Positions 35,376-45,422 of a stretch of DNA of 64,000 bases are shown here, one piece after another. This DNA is from Bacteroidales bacterium. GTDB lineage: Bacteria > Bacteroidota > Bacteroidia > Bacteroidales > GWF2-38-335. The DNA lies in contig JAFGXD010000114.1 of the NCBI GenBank assembly GCA_016936815.1, forward strand, positions 5,377 through 69,376. The letters run 5' to 3'. Below the pieces are notes generated by a model. It was given only the letters and a program-made list of their open reading frames with translations, made no database searches and had not been told where the DNA came from. The translations under genes were made by a program, and so were the position numbers. Position 1 is the stretch's first letter, and each line of letters begins with the position of its first letter.

Positions 35376-36560
35376 ATGTATCCTACTGTTTCAGATATGC
35401 TGCGCGATTGGTTTGGTGTTGATATTCCACTTCCAATACAGAGTTACGGACTTTTGGTAGCATTAGCTTTTATTGTTGGAAGTTTTATTTTAATGCTTGA
35501 ATTTAAAAGAAAAGGAAAGCAGGGTTTGTTGCCGAAAATTGAAAAAAAGACCCTAGTAGGACTGCCTGCAAGCTCAAAGGAACTATTTATTGCAGGAATA
35601 ATTGGGTTTGTAATAGGCTATAAACTTTTGGAAGCAATAATTAATTACGATGATTTAGTAAAAGATCCTCAAGGTTTTATTCTTTCTTTAGGACATGGGA
35701 ATTTTATAGGAGGATTATTGGGTGCTGCACTTTCTGTATTTATGAAATATAGAGAAAAACAAAAGCAGAAGTTAGATAAACCGAAAAACGTAATTCAGGA
35801 ATTTCAAGTATATCAACTCACACCTAATTTTCTTATAGTTGCTGCAATATTTGGTCTTCTTGGCACAAAAATTTTCGGACATCTAGAAACCTGGGAAGAA
35901 TTTGTAAGAGACCCGATAGGACAGTTATTTTCATTTGATAATCTTGCCTTTTACGGAGGTTTGGTAATTGGAGGTTATGCTCTTTTGGTATATGGAAAAC
36001 GAAATAGTGTTAAACCTTTGTACATGCTAGATGCAGGCGCACCGGCTGTTGCTTTGGCTTATGGTGTTGGCAGAATTGGCTGTCAGGTTTCCGGCGACGG
36101 CTGCTGGGGAATTGTAAACACTTCTCCAAAGCCGGGTTGGCTAGATTGGATTCCTGATTGGTTATGGGCTTTCGATTATCCGCATAACGTTAATAATGAA
36201 GGAATTCCAATTCATAGTTGTGGCGGAACTCATTGCAACGTTCTAGAACAACCTGTATTCCCAACCCCACTTTATGAAACAATAATGATGGTTGTTATTT
36301 TCACCTTTCTTTGGAGCATAAGAAAAAGAATTTCAATACCCGGAATGTTGTTTTCAATTTTTATGGTTTTACAGGGTTTTGAAAGGTTTTTGATTGAGAA
36401 AATAAGAGTTAATATTGAATACAACTTATTTGGAATGAGTATTACTCAGGCTGAGATAGTTTCATTCCTATCTATAATAATAGGTATTGTAGGTATTTTT
36501 TATTTTTATAAGAACAGGGAAAGGCTAAAAAATTATAAAAACACTAATTCATGGATTTAG
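35376..36560 (+). CDS. lgt: Prolipoprotein diacylglyceryl transferase (long Bacteroidota form with a Cys-rich periplasmic insert)
   Basis: YGLLVALAFIVG, FYGGLVIGG, GRIGC, PTPLYE motifs in Lgt order. Polytopic. Confidence 0.65.
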   Translation: MYPTVSDMLRDWFGVDIPLPIQSYGLLVALAFIVGSFILMLEFKRKGKQGLLPKIEKKTLVGLPASSKELFIAGIIGFVIGYKLLEAIINYDDLVKDPQGFILSLGHGNFIGGLLGAALSVFMKYREKQKQKLDKPKNVIQEFQVYQLTPNFLIVAAIFGLLGTKIFGHLETWEEFVRDPIGQLFSFDNLAFYGGLVIGGYALLVYGKRNSVKPLYMLDAGAPAVALAYGVGRIGCQVSGDGCWGIVNTSPKPGWLDWIPDWLWAFDYPHNVNNEGIPIHSCGGTHCNVLEQPVFPTPLYETIMMVVIFTFLWSIRKRISIPGMLFSIFMVLQGFERFLIEKIRVNIEYNLFGMSITQAEIVSFLSIIIGIVGIFYFYKNRERLKNYKNTNSWI

Positions 36561-37345
36561 AAAACATCTGTTATAAAGTAACGGAAATTGCCAGAGAAGT
36601 TGGTGGTTTCATTAGGCAGGAAAAAGATAAAATTTCTACTGAAATAATTGAATCTAAAGGTCTTCACGACTTTGTAACTTATGTTGATAAGGAAGCAGAA
36701 TTGCGTATTGTAAACAAATTAATGAACTTAGTTCCCAATGCCGGTTTTATTGTTGAAGAGAACACATCAACTGAGGCTGGAAATGTTTATAATTGGGTTG
36801 TTGATCCACTTGACGGAACAACAAATTTTATTCATGGAATTTCTCCATTTGCAATTAGCATTGCTCTTTTGGAAAATGACGATGTTGTTCTTGGCGTGGT
36901 TTATGAAATTAGTCTTCACGAATGTTTCTATGCATGGAAGGGTTCAAAAGCATTTTTAAACGGTAATGAAATTAGAGTATCCGAAACAGCTCATGTTGAA
37001 GATAGTTTGATTTCAACAGGTTTTCCATACTACGATTTTAAGAGAATGCCTGAATTTTTGCAATCCCTCGACTATTTTATGAGAAATTCTCATGGGGTTA
37101 GACGACTTGGTTCTGCTGCAACCGATTTGGCTTATGTTGCTTGCGGAAGGTTTTCTGCTTTTTATGAATATAGCTTAAGCCCTTGGGATGTTGCAGCCGG
37201 CGCACTATTGGTTGAGCAGGCAGGAGGAAAAGTTTCAGATTTTAAAGGCAAAAGAAATTACATTTTCGGAAAAGAAATAATAGCCTCAGGAGCAAAAGTT
37301 TATACAGAATTTTTTGAGGATGTGAATAAATTTATGGTTAAATAA
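36551..37345 (+). CDS. Inositol monophosphatase family protein (SuhB-like)
   Basis: WVVDPLDGTTNFIHG and the later GAATDLAYVACG / WDVAAG motifs. Confidence 0.88.
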   Translation: MDLENICYKVTEIAREVGGFIRQEKDKISTEIIESKGLHDFVTYVDKEAELRIVNKLMNLVPNAGFIVEENTSTEAGNVYNWVVDPLDGTTNFIHGISPFAISIALLENDDVVLGVVYEISLHECFYAWKGSKAFLNGNEIRVSETAHVEDSLISTGFPYYDFKRMPEFLQSLDYFMRNSHGVRRLGSAATDLAYVACGRFSAFYEYSLSPWDVAAGALLVEQAGGKVSDFKGKRNYIFGKEIIASGAKVYTEFFEDVNKFMVK

Positions 37346-37351
37346 TTCTAC

Positions 37352-37879
37352 TTAATAATTAAAAAGCCTGCTTACTTCCTTTTTAATAAAATCGAGAGCT
37401 ACCTGATTTGGAGCTTGTTCCATTGCAAAAGCTCTCTCAATAATTTCTTTTCCCAGTTCCAATGCAGGTGCTTCAGGTTTTATATCTTTTGCACATTCAT
37501 TTATTAACTTTATTGTATTTTCCTGAGCCGATTTAACAATTTGCCATGCTTCTACACTCATATAAACCTGTTGCACAAGATTATGCTCAAATTCAGCCTT
37601 AATTAAATTTACCATATCGTTTCTTAATTCATGAGCCTTCATGGTTGGATGAGAAAGATTCCTAATTTGAGTTTCCGGACTTAGTCTTTCCAGAAATAAG
37701 GTTATTCGCTCATAAGCCTGAAGTCGAATTGGAGTAACTAGTTTTCTGCTTCCCTGATGGGCTTCAAACCTTCGTTTGTCTTCTTCGTTTTTCATAAAAC
37801 GCAAAATAATGTAATATGCAGTTGCAAAAACAATTAAAGAGGGAATTGTGTATTTAAGAATTTCAAGAAAATCATTCAT
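37352..37879 (-). CDS. Conserved hypothetical protein with an N-terminal membrane anchor
   Basis: One TM helix (IPSLIVFATAYYIILRF), then a helical soluble domain. No motif recognised. Confidence 0.4.
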   Translation of the reverse strand: MNDFLEILKYTIPSLIVFATAYYIILRFMKNEEDKRRFEAHQGSRKLVTPIRLQAYERITLFLERLSPETQIRNLSHPTMKAHELRNDMVNLIKAEFEHNLVQQVYMSVEAWQIVKSAQENTIKLINECAKDIKPEAPALELGKEIIERAFAMEQAPNQVALDFIKKEVSRLFNY

Positions 37880-37991
37880 TTTTTTATTTTTTAAATAATT
37901 TGTGCAAATTTAAGATTTTATGTTTTACAATAGTAACAAAAATAATGATTGTTGTTAATTTTAATTTTTAATAATTAGTAAAAAATTTATC

Positions 37992-39188
37992 ATGAGTGAA
38001 AAAATCTCGACCCGAATAAACAGCCTGGCAGTAAGTCAGACCCTTGCAATGGCGCAAAAAAGCAGAGAATTGCAATCTCAAGGAATTGATGTAATAAACC
38101 TTAGCGTTGGCGAACCCGATTTTCCCACGCCCGATCATATAAAGGAAGCAGCCAAAAAGGCAATAGACGAAAACTTTTCTTACTACACTCCTGTACCGGG
38201 AATTCCTGAACTTAGAAAAGCAATAGTGGAAAAGTTTAAGAGAGAAAATAATTTAGATTACACTGTAGATCAGATAATTGTAAGCGCAGGAGCAAAACAT
38301 TCAATAGCTAATGTTTTGGCTTGCGTTGTTGATGTTGGCGATGAGGTAATTATTCCGGCTCCTTACTGGGTTTCCTATGTTGAAATGGTAAAACTGGCAG
38401 ATGGCGTTAATGTTATTGTTCCTGCCGGCATTGAAAACGATTTTAAAATAACTCCTGAACAACTTGAAGCAGCTATAACCCCAAAAACCAGAGCATTTCT
38501 TTTCAGTTCACCATCAAACCCAACCGGTTCGCTATACACAAAAGATGAACTTAAAGCATTGGCTGACGTTTTTGCAAAACACGACAACATCATTATTATT
38601 TCCGATGAAATTTACGAACATATTAATTACGTTGGAAAACATGAAAGTATAGCACAATTCGAAAACGTGAAAAACAGAACTGTTGTTGTTAATGGAGTTT
38701 CTAAAGGTTATGCAATGACAGGTTGGAGAATTGGATATATTGGAGCCCCTCTTTGGATAGCTAAAGCTTGTAATAAACTTCAAGGACAAGTAACAAGCGG
38801 TGTTTGTTCAATTGCTCAAAAAGCCGCAACAGCAGCACTTACTCACGATCTTTCAACAACATATAAAATGCGTGAAGCCTTTAAACGCAGAAGAGATTTA
38901 GTTCTTGAAAAAACAAAAGACATTAAAGGAATGAAAACCTCTGTACCGGGAGGAGCTTTCTATATTTTTGCCGATGTTACTTATTATTTCGGGAAATCTT
39001 ATAAAGATACTTTAATAAAAAATCCTGAAGATCTTTCCTTATACCTACTTGCTGAAGCTCATGTAGCAACCGTTTCAGGCGATGCTTTTGGAGACCCGAA
39101 CTGCCTTAGATTTAGCTATGCAACAGCCGATGATTTGTTGATTAAGGCCATGGACAGAATTAAAAATGCCCTCGATAAACTATCTTAG
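37992..39188 (+). CDS. aspC: Pyridoxal-phosphate-dependent aspartate aminotransferase (class I)
   Basis: Motifs PDFPTP, SPSNPTG, and VSKGYAMTGWRIGY (PLP lysine). Confidence 0.88.
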   Translation: MSEKISTRINSLAVSQTLAMAQKSRELQSQGIDVINLSVGEPDFPTPDHIKEAAKKAIDENFSYYTPVPGIPELRKAIVEKFKRENNLDYTVDQIIVSAGAKHSIANVLACVVDVGDEVIIPAPYWVSYVEMVKLADGVNVIVPAGIENDFKITPEQLEAAITPKTRAFLFSSPSNPTGSLYTKDELKALADVFAKHDNIIIISDEIYEHINYVGKHESIAQFENVKNRTVVVNGVSKGYAMTGWRIGYIGAPLWIAKACNKLQGQVTSGVCSIAQKAATAALTHDLSTTYKMREAFKRRRDLVLEKTKDIKGMKTSVPGGAFYIFADVTYYFGKSYKDTLIKNPEDLSLYLLAEAHVATVSGDAFGDPNCLRFSYATADDLLIKAMDRIKNALDKLS

Positions 39189-39937
39189 TTATCAATTTGG
39201 ATAAGTTGCCCTTCCCCCAAAGATTCCTGAACAAGGATTTCAGGGGGATTGCCTTTATAATATATATCGCCTCTTCCGATGTATTCAATATGTAGAAATT
39301 CAGTCGAGTACAATCTGGCATCTCCTGTTGAATTATTATGAATCTGAACTCTTTTTGCTTTCAGATTTTCTCCAAAAATATGTGCATTACCGTGATTGAA
39401 AAAATATGAGAAATTACATTCTCCTTTTATTGTAAATTTTCCTGTGCCTGCATGAATTTTTAGCTTAACAACATCGGATTTTACTTCTAAATCGCAAAGA
39501 CTTGCGCCCGATTCTACATCAATAAAAATAGTGTCTGAGTTAATTTTTCCTTCCGAAAACAGATCACATTCACCAATAATTTGAATATATTTTATTATCG
39601 GTGCGTGAATTTTTATTTTCGGAATTTTCGAATACCCACGCATCCAGTTGCAAGTATTATTATTATCTATTATTAATCTTCTATTTACAACTTCTGATTT
39701 TATTCCGGGCAGAATATTTTCCCCGGATGTAATTTCAAGATAATATGCAGTATCCTGAACCAAATAAACTGTAAAAACATGATTTAATTCAATTTCAGAG
39801 AAGTTTTCTAAAGTTCTATTAATAGTAATAATTGAGCCATTTGAGACAAAGCAGCCTACAGAATTTTCTCTCTTGCAGCTATTTAATTGAATTGCAAAAA
39901 GAAAAACCACAAAACAGAACAATAAATATATCTTCAT
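39185..39937 (-). CDS. Head GIN domain (DUF2807) lipoprotein
   Basis: Lipobox LNSC, repetitive beta-helix-like pattern, C-terminal GRGDIYYKGNP typical of DUF2807. Confidence 0.6.
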   Translation of the reverse strand: MKIYLLFCFVVFLFAIQLNSCKRENSVGCFVSNGSIITINRTLENFSEIELNHVFTVYLVQDTAYYLEITSGENILPGIKSEVVNRRLIIDNNNTCNWMRGYSKIPKIKIHAPIIKYIQIIGECDLFSEGKINSDTIFIDVESGASLCDLEVKSDVVKLKIHAGTGKFTIKGECNFSYFFNHGNAHIFGENLKAKRVQIHNNSTGDARLYSTEFLHIEYIGRGDIYYKGNPPEILVQESLGEGQLIQIDN

Positions 39938-40146
39938 TTAACATTAAAAAAGTCAGGCATAAAATTAATTAAAAAATTTATTACGCCTAAACAATTAATA
40001 ATTCATATTATTTTTGTTTCTTGAAATTGAAAAATTAGGAAAAAGTCATGACGAAAATATTTCACAAAAACTAATTATGGTCATTCATGTCGAATTCCCC
40101 CGTTTAGATTTGACAGACGATGTTAACGATATAAAAAAACAAACAC

Positions 40147-41025
40147 ATGAAACCAAGTATTTACTATATAATAATATTTTCTCTTATTTCTAATTTGTCA
40201 TTGTATTCTCAGAACAAAGAAGATAATGAAATTATTTCTACAATAAACTCAGTTTTTGATGCAATGCGCAATCGGGATTCTTCGCAAATAAATAAGCTGA
40301 TTTTGCCGAATGCATTTTTATCAAGCATCTATTTTGAGCAAAACAATACCAAAATAGAAATTTCCTCAACAAAAGATTTTGCGTTAGCAGTTTCAAATCC
40401 CCATGAAAAAATTTGGGACGAGAGAATTTATGCTTACGACATAAAAGTTGATAGAGATTTTGCTTTTTGTTGGACAGATTTTGTCTTTTTTTACGGAGAT
40501 ACGATTCACCATTGCGGAACAAACAATTTCGTGCTAGTTAAGAAAAACGATTGTTGGAAAATTGCTCAAATAACTGACAATTCATACACAGATTATTGTG
40601 TGGAAAGAATTAAAAGCAGCGATTCTATTAAAGCCGAAATTAACAATCTTATGAATCAATGGCATAGATTTGCAGCAAACTCCGATAAAGAATTTTTCGA
40701 ATTAATAGCTGAAAATGGAGTTTACATTGGCACCGATCCCGAAGAAAATTGGACAAAAATGGAAATTGAGAATTTATACAAACCATATTTTGAGCAGGGA
40801 AAATCGTGGGATTTTAAAGCAAAAGAAAGAAATATATATGTTTCTGCCGATTACGAAAGAGTTTGGTTTGATGAATTGCTTGAAACTTGGATGGGATATT
40901 GTCGAGCTTCAGGATATATTGAAAAACAAAACGATAAGTGGAAAATTTGCTACTATACGATCTCCATTTCAGTTCCAAATAACAAAACCAAGGAAGTTAT
41001 TGAGGTAATTAAAAGAGAAGAGTAA
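40147..41025 (+). CDS. Secreted protein with two tandem NTF2-like (SnoaL/DUF4440-like) domains
   Basis: Signal peptide (YS|QNKE) and two ~130-aa halves, each with an NTF2-like pattern (..FDAMRNRD.. / ..WHRFAANSDKEFF..). Confidence 0.5.
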   Translation: MKPSIYYIIIFSLISNLSLYSQNKEDNEIISTINSVFDAMRNRDSSQINKLILPNAFLSSIYFEQNNTKIEISSTKDFALAVSNPHEKIWDERIYAYDIKVDRDFAFCWTDFVFFYGDTIHHCGTNNFVLVKKNDCWKIAQITDNSYTDYCVERIKSSDSIKAEINNLMNQWHRFAANSDKEFFELIAENGVYIGTDPEENWTKMEIENLYKPYFEQGKSWDFKAKERNIYVSADYERVWFDELLETWMGYCRASGYIEKQNDKWKICYYTISISVPNNKTKEVIEVIKREE

Positions 41026-41351
41026 ATTATTTAGTTTTCAGATAATTAAATAAATTCACAGATAATATTCCAAATAATTCAATAGCGAAACTATTCTAAA
41101 TAATTTACAATAGGCAATAATCACTAATCTAAGTCTGATGGATTCATTTGTATTGCTTTAAAAAACTTAAACGCAATCCCATTAAAGAAATTCGTTAACA
41201 ACCTGTTCATTAGCTATTTAAGGCATTTTTCGTATTCACAAGCAAAGAAACTATTTCAAAAATTACAACAACAAGCTTGGCTGAATGTTAAATTTTCATC
41301 AATTTGAGCCAAATAAACTACAAAGAAACGCTTAATTTAAATTAATTAGAT

Positions 41352-41359
41352 TAATTTTG
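41352..41359 (+). promoter_or_regulatory. -7 promoter box TAATTTTG upstream of the decarboxylase gene
   Basis: Perfect TAnnTTTG match 32 nt upstream of the ATG at 41392. Confidence 0.4.
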
Positions 41360-41391
41360 TTTCCCATTTTTAACTATTTTAGTTTATTGCA

Positions 41392-42780
41392 ATGAAAATA
41401 AAGTACATAGATTTAATTGAGCAAACATTTGAATTTCCACAAGAGGAGTTTAAGGTTGAGGACAACGAATTATCTTTCAATAATATACCTCTAATGGATA
41501 TTATAAAGCAATACGGAACACCAATAAAAATTACCTATCTTCCAAAAATATCTCAAAAAATTCAAGCAGCGAAGAGACTTTTTAATGTTGCGATTGCCAA
41601 AGCTGACTATTCCGGTGACTACTATTATTCTTATTGCACCAAGAGTTCTCACTTCTCTTTTATACTAGATGAGGTTCTTAAAAACGATGTTCATATTGAA
41701 ACTTCGTCTGCCTTCGATATACATATTTTAGAAACTTTAAACGAAGAGGGTAAGTTCCCAAAAGACAAGTACATTATTTGCAATGGGTTCAAAAGACCAC
41801 AATATGTTGAAAATATAATAAGAATTAGGAATAATGGTTTTCACAATACAATTGCTGTAATTGACAATAAAGAAGAACTCGAGATACTTGAAGGCGTTGA
41901 GCAACCTTTGAAATTGGGAATTAGAATTGCAAGTGAAGAAGAACCCAGATTCGACTTTTATACATCAAGACTGGGGATTAGATATGTTGATATCGTAAAT
42001 TTCTATAATGAAAGAATTAAAGATAATCCGAAGTTTGAACTAAAAATGCTTCACTTCTTTATTAATACCGGTATTCACGATAACGCCTATTACTGGAGTG
42101 AATTGGCAAAATGTGTTAACGTATATTCGGAACTGAAAAAAATATGTCCTGAGCTTCAGTTTCTAAATATTGGAGGAGGTTTCCCAATAAAAAACTCTCT
42201 TGCCTTCGATTACGACTTTGAATATATGACCGAAGAAATTATTTCGCAGATAAAAAATATATGCGATTCTCATAATGTTCAGGTTCCCGACATTTTTACC
42301 GAATTTGGTTCTTATACTGTTGGAGAATCGGGAGCAGTTATCTATTCAATTTTAGACCAGAAAAAGCAAAACGATAAGGAAACATGGAACATGATAGACA
42401 GCTCTTTTATGACTACACTTCCCGATACTTGGGCAATAAAACAGAGGTTTATTCTACTTTCTATAAATCAGTGGGATAAGGAGTACGAGAGAGTCTTTTT
42501 GGGTGGACTGACCTGCGATTCTCAGGATTATTACAATACGGAAATTCATGCAAATGCTGTTTATCTTCCAAAATATTGTCAGGAAGAAACTTTATATATT
42601 GGTCTTTTTCACACAGGTGCTTACCAAGAATCTATTGGCGGTTACGGAGGAATTCAGCATTGTTTGATTCCTGCGCCAAAACACATTATTATCGACCGCG
42701 ACGAGGATGGCGAGTATTACACAAAACTTTTTGCCAAGGAGCAATCTTATAAATCTATGTTGAAAATTTTGGGGTATTAA
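41392..42780 (+). CDS. Type III PLP-dependent decarboxylase (arginine decarboxylase-like; Orn/Lys/Arg decarboxylase family 2)
   Basis: PLP-lysine region YSYCTKSS, glycine-rich NIGGGFPI, substrate-loop GGLTCDSQD. The ~460-aa form is annotated as arginine decarboxylase in many Bacteroidota. Confidence 0.7.
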   Translation: MKIKYIDLIEQTFEFPQEEFKVEDNELSFNNIPLMDIIKQYGTPIKITYLPKISQKIQAAKRLFNVAIAKADYSGDYYYSYCTKSSHFSFILDEVLKNDVHIETSSAFDIHILETLNEEGKFPKDKYIICNGFKRPQYVENIIRIRNNGFHNTIAVIDNKEELEILEGVEQPLKLGIRIASEEEPRFDFYTSRLGIRYVDIVNFYNERIKDNPKFELKMLHFFINTGIHDNAYYWSELAKCVNVYSELKKICPELQFLNIGGGFPIKNSLAFDYDFEYMTEEIISQIKNICDSHNVQVPDIFTEFGSYTVGESGAVIYSILDQKKQNDKETWNMIDSSFMTTLPDTWAIKQRFILLSINQWDKEYERVFLGGLTCDSQDYYNTEIHANAVYLPKYCQEETLYIGLFHTGAYQESIGGYGGIQHCLIPAPKHIIIDRDEDGEYYTKLFAKEQSYKSMLKILGY

Positions 42781-42919
42781 TAATAGTTTACTTATATGTC
42801 TGCGTTTGTCGAATTATTTTGACAAGGATTTAAACTGAAATTAGCTACTTGCTTGTTCAAGTAATCATCTTTTTGATTGTATTTTCAGGGTTTTCAGCCT
42901 AATTATGAATTTATAGATT

Positions 42920-43441
42920 TTATGGAATTACATAAACCGGATTTGTAGTTGTTGAGTAAATAGTTCCATCAGTTTCTTTATAATCTATTTTAAAAAATTG
43001 CAAACATGTTGTATCAGTAGGTGCTGATAAGGTTAAAAATATATAGGTGTTACAAAGTGGAGAATAGGCATTTAAGTAGTTTAGGCTTCCTTCAAGATCT
43101 TCGCCATTATAATAATTAATTTCAAAATTTATGATGTTATTTATTGTATCCAGAATTGTATCAGTATTGTCGTAATAATGCGCTATTACTGTTAAGCTTT
43201 CAATTTTTCCAATAACCGAATCGTTAAACGTGCCGCAAGGAGGCCATTCTCCCAAATATTTTGTATTGAACTTTAAACTTATCCGAAGACTATCATATTT
43301 GCAAGTATCGTTAATATTGAAATTAATATAGTTAATCATTGATGTTGTTTCACTTGGCCACGTGCAATAATCATATCTTGGTTTTTTACAAGAGGTTGAA
43401 TAAAAAATCATCGTAGCTAAAAGAATTATTGCAGTTTTCAT
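42920..43441 (-). CDS. Hypothetical Cys-containing lipoprotein
   Basis: Lipobox STSC and six further Cys. No family recognised. Confidence 0.4.
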   Translation of the reverse strand: MKTAIILLATMIFYSTSCKKPRYDYCTWPSETTSMINYINFNINDTCKYDSLRISLKFNTKYLGEWPPCGTFNDSVIGKIESLTVIAHYYDNTDTILDTINNIINFEINYYNGEDLEGSLNYLNAYSPLCNTYIFLTLSAPTDTTCLQFFKIDYKETDGTIYSTTTNPVYVIP

Positions 43442-43646
43442 TTTCTTTGGTTTTCTTTAAAAAAACAGTACCATGGAAGTGGTTTTCATTTTGGGTATAA
43501 TCAATAATTATTCTTGTTAATATTTCTTTTTTGTGCACATGACAAAATTTTATTATGCAACAACCTTGATGTAGAAAATTTTAAGATTTCTCAACTATTT
43601 GAAAAACAAATATATTTTCCCAATATAGAAAATTATTGTCATGTAC

Positions 43647-44321
43647 TTAATATATTTTTATTAAAAATCCTGCTGATAACGTAAATGTATTATTAAGATA
43701 ATCAGAGTCTGTTATTTTATAAGCAATTTTTTGCCTAATTAAAAAGTCCATTTCCAAATTTACTAAAATTCTATCCGAAATTTTTCTATTAATTGTTAGA
43801 AAAGGTGAAAAGCAGACATTATTATCTTTTTCAATATTATCAGTATAAGAAACTAAAATTAGATCTTCTATTGTAGTCTCCGATTTTATAATTTTAGGAT
43901 AATGCAAACTCATACCTATGTTCAGAGAGTAGAAATCGTTTATCCCTACTTTTTGATAATAACCTATTCCAAAAAGATATTGCAAGATATTGATTTTGTG
44001 AAGAAATAGTGAGTGTTGGTCATAATACGAGCACATAAATTCAAGCTTTTCAGATATCAATTTTATAGAAACAAGAAAAAAAGATTTTTCTTTAATTCCC
44101 TTTTCAATAGATAAAAGGCAGCTACTGTTTGTTTTAAATTTGTTCTCATAAAGTTTTCCACTTCCTGAACTAAGTTTCCAGAAAACAATATTTCTACCAT
44201 AATTCATCTTGATATTAAAATCTTGTGTATTTCCTTGAAAACCAATTAAAATAAATAACAAGATAATATTTTTATATATTCCTTCCATTTTGTACAATAA
44301 CTTAGAATATAAGCTCTTCAA
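43647..44321 (-). CDS. Hypothetical protein, possibly an outer-membrane beta-barrel
   Basis: A hydrophobic signal-like segment follows the internal Met (alternative start at 44288, MEGIYKNIILLFILIGF, NT|QDF). Alternating pattern, C-terminal aromatic ...FLIKIY. Confidence 0.35.
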   Translation of the reverse strand: MKSLYSKLLYKMEGIYKNIILLFILIGFQGNTQDFNIKMNYGRNIVFWKLSSGSGKLYENKFKTNSSCLLSIEKGIKEKSFFLVSIKLISEKLEFMCSYYDQHSLFLHKINILQYLFGIGYYQKVGINDFYSLNIGMSLHYPKIIKSETTIEDLILVSYTDNIEKDNNVCFSPFLTINRKISDRILVNLEMDFLIRQKIAYKITDSDYLNNTFTLSAGFLIKIY

Positions 44322-44719
44322 CCTTCTTTAACAACTATAAATTCATTTATTCGATAATAAAATTCACCCGGAAAGATAATTTGTTTCATTGCTTAATTTA
44401 TGTCTGAACGGGTTTCTATTTATCTCGGTATATTCGGGTTAATATCAATATTATGCGTAAAACAATTACCGGCAAATTACAAAATAATAAACTAATAATG
44501 AAATATTTGCAGGAATAATTGTTCCACAACATCTTTGATTGAATGGTCATGTTTTTACAAGGATTTGCCCTTTGTCGGGCTCATGATAAGCGCTGGTTGG
44601 TTTGTTCAAATCTTCGTTACGTTGCTTATGCTTTCATTTCCCAACGCAAGCTTGTCTAAGGACAATTCTGTGGTAATTTCTAAGCATTTTTTCCGAAATC
44701 GAAAAAAAATGTATTTTCA

Positions 44720-44751
44720 TTTGCAAATGATTATTGAATAAATTATCTTTG
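44720..44751 (+). promoter_or_regulatory. Bacteroidota-type promoter of tetR (-33 TTTG, 20-nt spacer, -7 TATCTTTG)
   Basis: TTTG at 44720..44723 and TATCTTTG at 44744..44751, directly abutting the operator-like repeat. Confidence 0.5.
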
Positions 44752-44771
44752 CATACCAAACGGTCGGTATA
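44752..44771 (+). promoter_or_regulatory. Putative TetR operator, copy 1 (CATACCAAACGGTCGGTATA)
   Basis: 20-nt sequence identical to 45391..45410. Imperfect palindrome ATACCnAnCGnTnGGTAT. Lies between the -7 box and the tetR ATG and overlaps its first base. Confidence 0.6.
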
Positions 44772-45373
44772 TGATTGAAACTCGTGAACATATTTTGAAT
44801 ACTTCATTAATGCTTTTTCTTCAAAAGAGTTATAAGGATGTAACCATGAAAGAAATAGTTGATAAATCAGGTCTTTCTAAAGGAGCTTTCTATCATTATT
44901 TCGAAAGTAAGGAAAGTTTATTTAGGGAAATTGTATTGCGCTTTTTGTCAATGGGCAAAGTTGATTACGAAAAATTTGATCAGAATTCTCTTAAGTTGTT
45001 TTATTCCCAGTACGTTGATTACCTGCAAAAATCTATTAATGAACTTATCCTAATGTTTTCGTTTACTGCTGAAGAAAAATTTAATGTTAACTTTTTTCTC
45101 ATAATGTTTGAGGCTGCTGCTAGGTTTCCGGAGTTTCTTAAAATGGAACTTGAAAATTACCAAAAAGATTTGAAATCTTGGATAACTGTTGTGGCAAATG
45201 CGAAAAAAAGTGGAGAAATAAGAAGTAAAACTAATAATATTGATATTGCTAAATTGTTTTTGTATAGTAATGACGGGGTTTTTATGCGGTTTATTAATAA
45301 TGATAAATCCGGCAATTATGGAGAATTACTTAGAAGAAATTATAATGCTATTTATGAAAATCTGAAAACTTGA
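44771..45373 (+). CDS. TetR/AcrR family transcriptional regulator
   Basis: N-terminal HTH with the GLSKGAFYHYFESKE signature. Confidence 0.88.
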   Translation: MIETREHILNTSLMLFLQKSYKDVTMKEIVDKSGLSKGAFYHYFESKESLFREIVLRFLSMGKVDYEKFDQNSLKLFYSQYVDYLQKSINELILMFSFTAEEKFNVNFFLIMFEAAARFPEFLKMELENYQKDLKSWITVVANAKKSGEIRSKTNNIDIAKLFLYSNDGVFMRFINNDKSGNYGELLRRNYNAIYENLKT

Positions 45374-45390
45374 TTTTTTTTCTTAATTAA

Positions 45391-45410
45391 CATACCAAAC
45401 GGTCGGTATA
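45391..45410 (+). promoter_or_regulatory. Putative TetR operator, copy 2 (CATACCAAACGGTCGGTATA)
   Basis: Perfect 20-nt repeat of 44752..44771, 12 nt upstream of the ABC ATPase ATG. Confidence 0.6.
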
Positions 45411-45422
45411 AAAATAATAAAT

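Noticed and set aside
42846-42875. Weak hairpin TACTTG-N6-CAAGTA followed by a T-run as the terminator of the decarboxylase gene
   Set aside because: The stem is short and AT-rich, and the T-run is interrupted. This is not strong enough to call.
44535-44741. 68-aa ORF upstream of tetR
   Set aside because: It has a non-ATG start in the track and overlaps the predicted tetR promoter. No family resemblance; probably spurious.
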